Shown in pieces: positions 56,343 through 64,000 of a DNA stretch of 64,000 nucleotides. Position numbers and translations under genes: made by a program. Each line of letters begins with the position of its first letter. Within the stretch, counting starts at the first letter, position 1. The notes beneath the pieces were generated by a model. The model was not told where the DNA came from. It ran no database searches and worked only from the letters and a program-made list of their open reading frames with translations. The stretch comes from Rebecca billardiae RCC1528 (lineage: Eukaryota; Protista; Haptophyta): the NCBI GenBank assembly GCA_965240325.2, contig OZ251237.1:434001-498000 (forward strand), given 5' to 3'.

Positions 56343-58288
56343 ATGGCGGCGGCGGCGCCGGCGGGCGGCACGCTCCTCGACCAGATGCTCGCCCTGCCCG
56401 CCTACGCGCACCTGCGCGACATCGTACTGCCGGAGCCGAAGCGGCCACCGCCTGCTGCCCCGCCGCCCGCGCCGGCCGCTCGCCCCGAGCACGACATCCT
56501 CATGGCGGGACCGACATCCTCATGGCGGGACCGACATCCTCATGGCGAGAAGGCCATCTCGCCAGCGGGCGTGGGCCCGTTCGAGCCGATCTCGGCCGCG
56601 CCCCGACCGAGCGGCGGCGCACCGCCGCAGCTGCCGCAGCGCCCGATCCTCTCCGTCGAGCGCGAGATGGCTGCTGCTCCACCGCCCGCAGCACTGCGGC
56701 CAGGCGCGCGTGCCGGCATCAGCGGCGGCGGCGCGGCGGCGGCGCCTCCGCCGGGCGCAGCCGAGGAGCGCCCACGGCCGGGCTTCATCACGGCCGGCGA
56801 CAAGCTGGCCATCGACGAGCGCGACAAGCCCGGCGCGCGCGGAGCAGGCGCGGCCGGCGGCTCGCGCGGCAACGGCCGCTCCCTCGGCCTGCGGCGCGGC
56901 CGAGGCGGCCCCGGCGGCTTTGTGTCGCCGCTCGCGCGAGAGGACGACCTGCCGCAGGGGACGGGCGGTGCGGCGGCCGCGCGGCTGGGCGCGGGGCGCG
57001 CGCGCGACGAGGCGGACGCGCCCGCCGAGTGCGAGTACAAGGGCGTCGACCCGAAGATGGCCGAGATGATCCTGAACGAGGTGCTCGACAAGAAGCCAGG
57101 CGTGAGCTGGGACGACGTCGCCGGCCTCGACTTTGCAAAGCAGTCGGTGCTCGAGGCGGTCGTCTGGCCGATTCAGCGCCCGGACCTTTTCACCGGACTC
57201 CGCCAGCCGTCGAAGGGCCTGCTGCTCTTCGGGCCGCCGGGCACGGGCAAGACGCTGATCGGGAAGGCCATCGCCACCGAGTCCGGCGCCACCTTCTTCT
57301 CCATCTCCGCGTCGTCGCTCATGTCCAAGTGGATCGGAGAGGCGCGCGCGCGCGCCGCGCGGCCGCGGCTGACGCTGCGGGCCCTGGGCGCCCGCCGGCG
57401 GCGCGCTCGTCGGCGCGCGTGCGCGCGCGCTGACGCTCGCCCGGTACCCACGCGCCTCCGCCCGCGCCACGCCGCGGACGCCCACGCCCCCGCCCGGCCG
57501 CGCCGCCGCCCGACCGCGCGCGCACCGCAGGCGGAGAAGATGGTGCGCGCGCTCTTCACCGTCGCGCGCGCGCACCTGCCAGCCGTCATCTTCGTGGACG
57601 AGATCGACTCGCTGCTGTGCCAGCGCTCGGAGGGCGACCAGGACTCGACGCGCCGCGTGAAGACCGAGTTCCTCGTGCAGCTCGACGGCGCGGCCACCAA
57701 CCCGGAGGACCGGCTCCTCCTGATCGGCGCGACCAACCGGCCGCAGGAGCTCGACGAGGCCGCGCGCCGCCGCATGCAGAAGCGGCTCTACATCCCGCTG
57801 CCGGACGCGCGCGCGCGCCACGTGATGCTGGGGAACTGGCTCAGGGGCATCGCGGTGCGCCGCGCGCGCCGGTGCGCACCGCGCGCGCGGGGGCGACCCT
57901 CAGCGCGGCCCTCCCCGGCGCCGCGCGGCCACCCACCGTCGCTGCGCGCCGTGATGCGCGCCAGGTGGGCATGTCGGAAGCGGAGCTCGCCGAGATCGTG
58001 CGCCGCACCGACGGTTACTCGGGCTCGGACATGAACGCGCTCGTCCGCGAGGCGGCGATGGGGCCGATGCGTGACCCCGGCTGCGACGTGCGCCAGATGA
58101 GCGCAGACGCTGTCCGGCCGATCCTGCAGCGCGACTTTGAGGCGGCGCTGTGCCAGGCGCGCGCGAGCGTCGCGCGCGACCAGCTCGACACGCTCGTCGA
58201 GTGGGACAAGCAGTTCGGCTCGTTCGGGCGGCCGGTAGCTGCGGGCGGCGCGCCATCGTCCGCCCCGGCGCCCGCGATGCCGGGCTGA
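56343..58288 (+). CDS. FIGNL1: Fidgetin-like 1 AAA+ ATPase; 3 exons
   Basis: GFITAGDKL and GFVSPL motifs, VDPKMAEMILNEV, WDDVAGLDFAK, GLLLFGPPGTGKTLIGK, IFVDEIDSLL, GATNRPQELDEAARRR, TDGYSGSDM, WDKQFGS. Introns 57342-57530 (GC-AG) and 57855-57964. Confidence 0.92.
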
Positions 58289-58565
58289 CTGGCTCCATCG
58301 GCACGCCGCGGGCCGAGCTCAGCCGTCGGACGGTCAGCCAATGGCGCTGCGGCCGCAGCCAGCAGCCAGAAGGTCACTCAGGTGGCCCCGCCTGCCGCCA
58401 CCGGCGCCACCCGGCCGCGCGCAAGCACGGCCTATTGCCTAATTAAGCGCGCCCGTTAGCAGCGCGCATTATTAAAGCGCTCGGTATACAAGCCGCGCTA
58501 GCCGACGCTCATGCAGCGCAGTAGCTTACGTCGCGCCGACGACGAGATCAGACAGCTCATCAGAT

Positions 58566-60611
58566 TCAGAACCACGGGATGGCGCGGTAGTCGCGCAGCA
58601 GCTCGGCGAGCACGTCGCTGTAGGCCACCGCGCCACCGCGCGAGTCGATGCGCGTGGCTGCCTCCTCGTCCTGCTCGCAGATGCACATGAGCGCCTGCGC
58701 CGCCTGCTTCCGCGCCTCGGCCGCGACCGGCTTCTCGATCACGCCGATGAGCACGCGCAGCCCGTCGCACTCCTCGATCAGCCGGCAGTGCGCCGCCGAG
58801 CGGTCCGCGAGCAGGTGGAGCGACGAGGTCGCCGCGTGCTGGATGCGCTCGTCCGGGCTGGCGGCGAGCGTGAGCAGGGAGCGCACCGCGTCGCGCCGCT
58901 CGCCGATGTGCTGGCGCATGCGCGGCACGGAGAACATCAGGTTGCGCACCGCGCGCACCACGTACCGCACCAGCCGCCGGTCGCCCTGGCCGCGGTTGAG
59001 CAGGACCACCAGCGTGTCCACAATCATCGAGCCGTCAAAGCCGGCGGCGCCGCGCGGCGCGCCCTCCGGCGCCGCGTCGTCCGCCGCGCGGAGCACCGCG
59101 ACGGCGTCGGTGGGGCCTCGGTCGAGCTGCTCCGCGGCCTCGGGCACGTCGAAGAGCGCGACGGAGAGCTGCACGCTCGCCTCGAGCACGTCGCGCTCGG
59201 ACGAGAGCAGCGTGTGCTGCAGCCGCGCAAACGCGCCCGCCTCCGCCATCTCGAGCGCGTACTCCGGCTGTTGCGCAAAGCGCACGAGCGTGCTGAGGAT
59301 GAGCGCGTGCGACGGGCTGGTGGGGCGGTGCTCGAGCAGGCCGACGAGCCGCGGGAGCAGCGCCGGCGCGTGCAGGCCGCGCGGGTCCTCCGCCACCTCG
59401 CTCGCGTGCTTGAGCACGAGCGCGGCCTTGTGGATCGCGCGGTGCCGCGCGTGCAGCTCGACCGCCGCCTCGAGTGGCACGAGCCGCGCGGGCGCCGAGT
59501 ACCGGAAGAGCCCGGCGAGGTGCGTGAGCGTCGACGCCGGGGCGCCCTCGACGAAGCGCTTGGCGTTGCGCCGGGAGAGCGTGAGCAGGTTCGCCAGCGC
59601 CCACACCGCGTGCAGCTGATGCCTCGTCACGACGTGCGGCCCCTGCAGCGCCTTGGCCGACATGGCGGCGCCGAGCGCGACGCACGCAGCGTCGACCGCG
59701 CCGAGCTCGCCGGCGCGCTCGGCTGTCTGCTTGTCGATCGCGACGTTGGTGAGCAGCGCGAGCGCGCTCGAGTAGAGCGCCGACTGCTCGCCGAACTCGT
59801 CGTCCTCCTCGCCCTCGCCGCTCTGCAGCGCGTGCGTCGAGCGTCGCCGTACGACCGCGCGCGTCGCCTGCTCGGCCGCTCGGCGGGTGATTGTGACGAG
59901 CTGCGTGAGCGCGCGCTCGCCGGTGAGCTCGGGCGCGCGCTCGTCGAGCTCGGACATGCGCCAGAGCACGAGCAGCGCGCTCACCGCGACCCCCGCGTCG
60001 AGCTCGTACTTGTGCAGCAGCGCGAGCAGCGCGCTCACCGCGCGCGTCTGCGCGAGTGCCGCCGCGGTGCCGTCGTGCGTGCACAGGTTGCGGAGCGTGG
60101 CCACGGCCGGAGGCGCGAGCACCTCGCGGTCGGCCTGGGCCTTGGCGTCAGCGGTGGAGAGGGCGGGCGCGGCGGCGGACAGAGGCGGCGTGGCCGTCCC
60201 CGCGACCGCGTCTTGCGACGGCAGCAGCGCGATGATGGCGTTCAGCGCGCCAGGGAGCGCGCGGAGCGCGCGCGCATTCTCCGCCTGCGCGGACATGTTC
60301 CACAGCAGATGCGCCGCCTCCTTCTGCACGAGCAGGTTGGGCTTGCGCACGAGCTGGACGAGGATGTCGAGCGTGCCTGCGGCGCGCAGCTCGCTCTGCA
60401 GCACGGCGTCCTCGGCGCCGCGCCACACCACGTCGTGCAGCTTCTGCATCGCGAGCAGCTGGTCACCAATCTCGCCGTGCCGAAGCGTCGTGAGCACTTC
60501 TTGCAGGTGCGCAGCGGAGAGGTCGGTGATGGGCGCGCGCGCCGGCGAGGTCTCCTTGGGAGGACGCGTCGACACGATGACGTGCGAGTCATAGAGCTCC
60601 TGTAGCCGCAT
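58566..60611 (-). CDS. Armadillo-repeat protein
   Basis: ARM-like units: AGTLDILVQLV...VQKEAAHLLWNMS, AVATLRNLC, AVWALANLL, VVRAVRNL, IEECDGLRVLI. Confidence 0.85.
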   Translation of the reverse strand: MRLQELYDSHVIVSTRPPKETSPARAPITDLSAAHLQEVLTTLRHGEIGDQLLAMQKLHDVVWRGAEDAVLQSELRAAGTLDILVQLVRKPNLLVQKEAAHLLWNMSAQAENARALRALPGALNAIIALLPSQDAVAGTATPPLSAAAPALSTADAKAQADREVLAPPAVATLRNLCTHDGTAAALAQTRAVSALLALLHKYELDAGVAVSALLVLWRMSELDERAPELTGERALTQLVTITRRAAEQATRAVVRRRSTHALQSGEGEEDDEFGEQSALYSSALALLTNVAIDKQTAERAGELGAVDAACVALGAAMSAKALQGPHVVTRHQLHAVWALANLLTLSRRNAKRFVEGAPASTLTHLAGLFRYSAPARLVPLEAAVELHARHRAIHKAALVLKHASEVAEDPRGLHAPALLPRLVGLLEHRPTSPSHALILSTLVRFAQQPEYALEMAEAGAFARLQHTLLSSERDVLEASVQLSVALFDVPEAAEQLDRGPTDAVAVLRAADDAAPEGAPRGAAGFDGSMIVDTLVVLLNRGQGDRRLVRYVVRAVRNLMFSVPRMRQHIGERRDAVRSLLTLAASPDERIQHAATSSLHLLADRSAAHCRLIEECDGLRVLIGVIEKPVAAEARKQAAQALMCICEQDEEAATRIDSRGGAVAYSDVLAELLRDYRAIPWF

Positions 60612-60846
60612 CTCGCCGCGAGCACGTGCGGAACGCTCGCTTGCTCAAAGCGGGAGCACGCTCGCCGCCATCGCCTCCATGATGAAACGTTCGTGGCGGC
60701 CTTCGCAACGGTCCGTTGCGCCGAAGTCCGGGAGCGCGCGCGCGCAAACCATGTGCACTTGTGCAGGCTGGTGCATCGGAGCGGATCACGACGACTTGCA
60801 TCCCAGCCTGCAAGTGAGTGCAAGGGCGCGCAATTGCGTATCGACG

Positions 60847-61611
60847 ATGAACACCCACCACGCCGCGGCCCTCACAGTCGTGCTGCTCGGTCTGGGTGCA
60901 GCGAGTCACGCCGCCCTGGTGGGCCATCCAGCCCTTCGGAGTCCACATGTCCGCGCGCCCGTGGTGCGGCGGCCGCTGCACCCGACGCGCGCAGCTGTGC
61001 ACGCGAGAGCACATGCTGTGCAGGACGTGGCAGCCGTGCGCGCGGCCGTGCTGCTGCGGAGCTGGCAGAAACAGGCCGAGGACTCGTGGGCACAGGGGTT
61101 CACGCCAACTAGTAACCTCGACAAGATGAAGCGGCTGTCCGCTCAGGTCAAGCAGCTCCAGCGCATGGCGGCGCTCGCTCGCGTCATGACTGTGCGCTCG
61201 CAGGCTCCGACGCCGGGCATCCCTGCCCCGGCTGTGGAGGGTCACTTCACGCCGTACCTGGCTCTTCTCGACGAGACGTCCATCGTCGCGGCCGTGGCGC
61301 CTGGGAACGGCACCGCGATCGCCTTCGCCTGCCACATGCCCGACGAGGCCCGCGCAGAAATGCTGCACCTGGAGTCATCGCCTGCCTGCACGCAGGAGCA
61401 GTCACGCAACGCGCTCCGCGCGCTGCTCGCAAACTTCATCGAGCGCTCGTCGGAGCAGCTCCCGGAGCGTGCGCAGCTGGCGGTCGACGCCGCGCCGGGC
61501 TCGGATCTGGAGTACGTGCTGCTCGAGCGGGGGTTCTCGCTCGAGGGCGAGGTGGAGGAGACGTGGATGCCGGACTTCAACCGGTACGTGGCCATGCTCG
61601 AGCACCTTTGA
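60847..61611 (+). CDS. Hypothetical protein with signal + transit-like presequence, possible degenerate GNAT fold
   Basis: MNTHHAAALTVVLLGLGAASHA followed by an Arg/Pro-rich segment; C-terminal LAVDAAPGSDLEYVLLERGF loosely resembles the GNAT terminal motif. Confidence 0.65.
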   Translation: MNTHHAAALTVVLLGLGAASHAALVGHPALRSPHVRAPVVRRPLHPTRAAVHARAHAVQDVAAVRAAVLLRSWQKQAEDSWAQGFTPTSNLDKMKRLSAQVKQLQRMAALARVMTVRSQAPTPGIPAPAVEGHFTPYLALLDETSIVAAVAPGNGTAIAFACHMPDEARAEMLHLESSPACTQEQSRNALRALLANFIERSSEQLPERAQLAVDAAPGSDLEYVLLERGFSLEGEVEETWMPDFNRYVAMLEHL

Positions 61612-62106
61612 TGGCGCGGGCGACTCATTGATAGATGAGACGAGGACTCTCCACTATCCTCATCGTCCGTGCAGCGAGACCGTGGACAGTGGCAGTGGCC
61701 CGCGCAAGTGTGACTGAGTCAGTGGCGGCCTCGCGCGGTCAACGAGAGTGACGCGCCGACGCAGACTCCGCGGTCTGCCCGCGCGACGCTCAGCGTGCTG
61801 GTCAGTCGTCCATCGTCATATATATATATATGATGATGATGATGACGACGACGACAATATAATATATATCGCCGCGACTGGCGTATAACTCGATCCTAGG
61901 TGATGATGATTCTATGATCATCGGCACGTCCGGTGTGACACATGTGCTCGCGACCGTCCCGAATGCGAGCCTCGTCAGCGCGCAGCCTCAGCCCGTGAGC
62001 CTGGACGAATAGCCGGCCAGCCAGGCGGTCGTCGGCGGGGCGCAGCTCTCCCGGAAGCCAGCCCTCAGCGCACGGTGGCGTCGCGCAGAGGCGGGGGCGG
62101 CCTCTG

Positions 62107-62288
62107 CTGTCCCTGCGATGCGACTCAGAGGACGGTGCTCCGTCTGCCACGCCGAGTCGACCGCCAGGAGTAGACCTGCTGCGCCTGTCCCTGCGATGCG
62201 ATGCGAAGGATGGTGACGAGGCGACGGCGCGGTGCAGCGTCTGCCGCGCCAAGTCGACCGCCATGAGGAGTAGACCTGCTGCGCCTTC
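62107..62288. repeat. Degenerate two-unit tandem duplication just 3' of argJ
   Basis: CTGTCCCTGCGATGCGA, AGTCGACCGCCA and GGAGTAGACCTGCTGCGCCT each occur twice. Confidence 0.75.
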
Positions 62289-63665
62289 TCACGACCGGTA
62301 GTCGCAGTTGATCGTCACATACTCGTGCGTGAGGTCGGAGCCGAGCACGCGCACGGCGGCATCGCCGGCGCCCAGGTCGACCTCGATCTCAACGCAGCGC
62401 TCGTGCGGCGGGAACGGCCAGCCGCCCTCGAGCTCGCGCTCCGCCTCGGGCGGCAGCTGCGTGTCGCACAGGTACGCGTACATCGCGTCCTCCGCCGCCC
62501 CGTCGAGCGCAAACTGGCCGCGCTCGAAGAGGAGCCGCCCGCCCATCGTGATGGTGGCGTCTCGCACGTCGAGCGGCGCGGGCAGCTTGCCCACGCACGA
62601 GCCGATGGCCGCGACGATTCGGCCGACGTTCGGGTCGTTGCCCGCGATGGCGCACTTGAGCAGGTTGGAGTTCACGACAGCCTTGCCGACCGCGCGCGCG
62701 GTCGCGGCCGACGGCGCGCCGCGCACGCGCACGTCCATCACGTGATGGACGCCCTCGCCGTTCCTGACCACGTCGGCGGCGAGGCGCTCGCAGACGCGGC
62801 AGAGCGCCGCCTCGAACTCCGCCGCGCCGCCCGGCGGGAGCGCCACCGCCGCCGACGAGAGCGCGAGCACCGTGTCGGACGTGCTCTGGTCGCCGTCCAC
62901 CGAGATGCAGTTGAACGACTTCTCGACGGCGCGCACGAGCATCGCCTGGAGCTCCTCCTTGGGCACGGCGACGTCGGTGAGGATGAAGGCGAGCATGGTC
63001 GCCATGTCGGGCTCGATCATCCCCGCACCCTTCGCGAACGCGACGATGCGCCCGCCGCATGCCGCCTCCGCGCGCAGCTTGGGATAGGCGTCGGTCGTCA
63101 TGATGGCCTGCGCGGCGGGAAGGCCCGACTCGGACTGGCGCGCGGCCACCAGCGCGTCGATCTGGGCGCACATGGCGTCGACCGGGAGGCGCCAGCCGAT
63201 CACGCCCGTCGAAGACGGCACGACGAGCTCGCCGCCCCCGCCAAGCCCGAGGCTGGCAGCCACGGCCTCGCACAGCCGCTCGCTGTCCGCGACGCCGCCC
63301 GCCTCTCCGCCGGCGCACACGTTCGAGATCTTGTTGTTGACGAGGACGGCCTGCAGCTGCGAGCCCTGGAGACGGCGCTTGCCGACGATCACTGGCGCCC
63401 CCGGGAACGCGTTGCGCGTGAACACCGCCGCGAAACTCTCGGTCGGCTGCTCGAGCGCGATCAGCGTCAGGTTCATCTTCGCATTCATGTCGGGCTTCTC
63501 CTCTGGCCGGAAGCCGAAGCCCGTGGTGCCGACGGAAAAGCCGCGCGGAAGCTTGGAGTCGGCGACGAGCCGAGAGAGCTGAGGCCCGGTGGCGCCCGTG
63601 GACATGGCGCGCGCGCCAGCGACCACGAGCAGGAGCAGCGCGAAGACGTACCCCGACGGCGCCAT
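62289..63665 (-). CDS. argJ: Ornithine acetyltransferase / bifunctional ArgJ with N-terminal signal peptide
   Basis: AVFTRNAF, SSTGVIG, AIMTTD, AKGAGMIEPDMATML (autoproteolysis Thr), SVDGDQSTSDTV, RNGEG, GNDPNVGRI, SDLTHEYVTINCDYRS. Confidence 0.97.
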   Translation of the reverse strand: MAPSGYVFALLLLVVAGARAMSTGATGPQLSRLVADSKLPRGFSVGTTGFGFRPEEKPDMNAKMNLTLIALEQPTESFAAVFTRNAFPGAPVIVGKRRLQGSQLQAVLVNNKISNVCAGGEAGGVADSERLCEAVAASLGLGGGGELVVPSSTGVIGWRLPVDAMCAQIDALVAARQSESGLPAAQAIMTTDAYPKLRAEAACGGRIVAFAKGAGMIEPDMATMLAFILTDVAVPKEELQAMLVRAVEKSFNCISVDGDQSTSDTVLALSSAAVALPPGGAAEFEAALCRVCERLAADVVRNGEGVHHVMDVRVRGAPSAATARAVGKAVVNSNLLKCAIAGNDPNVGRIVAAIGSCVGKLPAPLDVRDATITMGGRLLFERGQFALDGAAEDAMYAYLCDTQLPPEAERELEGGWPFPPHERCVEIEVDLGAGDAAVRVLGSDLTHEYVTINCDYRS

Positions 63666-64000
63666 CGCTTCGCGCGGCGACTTTCGGCGGCCGCGATGAC
63701 GTTTGGCTGCGGCCGAGTCCACCGGACTCGGGCTCGGCCGCGGTGCCGAGTCCCGGTCCGGCCGCTCGACGGGCACGGCCTTCCTGCCGAGTGCCGACCG
63801 GCGGTACCACTCACAGTCCGACCGGCAAGTTAAGTCGGTGTGACTACGTCTCAGTCTACTACTCACGGTAGCCGTCACTCGGCCGCACTGGGGCGATCAC
63901 GGATCAGCGCGCCGCGCGACGGGCTCGCGGGCCGACGCGACTCTCGCCGACTGCGGCGGCGGCACGGCATCCGATTCCGAGGCTCGCGAGTCGGAGTCGC

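Noticed and set aside
1-64000. rRNA, tRNA, telomeric repeats or a prokaryotic operon/defence system
   Set aside because: None recognised by eye; spliceosomal introns and eukaryote-specific genes show nuclear DNA. tRNAscan-SE and Infernal would be needed to exclude small RNAs.

Overview
Very GC-rich eukaryotic genomic DNA with compact genes, short GC-rich spliceosomal introns and signal-peptide-led plastid presequences. The style suggests a haptophyte alga such as Diacronema/Pavlova (inference). Most long ORFs in the supplied track are antisense or alternative-frame shadows. Genes I can support, left to right: a sulfotransferase + GT4 glycosyltransferase fusion (runs off the left edge, so absent from the ORF track), an actinobacterial-like protein of unknown function, an M48 metalloprotease, MMS19, a thylakoid-type FKBP, ERGIC-53/LMAN1, a coiled-coil protein, an F-box/beta-helix protein, an OCIA-like protein, a giant (~2,500 aa) Gly/Ala-rich protein with Sfi1-like centrin-binding repeats, a truncated NAD(P)-binding gene, 5'-nucleotidase, eIF2-gamma, STRAP, strawberry notch with an N-terminal RIN13-like Cys/His domain, FIGNL1, an armadillo-repeat protein, a presequence-bearing unknown, and argJ. 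Many are head-to-head pairs. Mobile DNA: a 5.4-kb long-TIR element containing nested TA-target MITEs, an internally deleted hAT element with a perfect 8-bp TSD and a BED-finger remnant, a second MITE copy, and a tandem pair of TG...CA LTR-like units. There are also several near-perfect hairpins, the largest with an 83-bp stem. The best candidates for new biology are the giant Sfi1-like protein with elastomer-like spacers, the sulfotransferase-GT4 fusion, the bacterial-like gene paired with the M48 protease, the RIN13-SBNO fusion and the long hairpin. All family assignments come from motif recognition; no database search was run.
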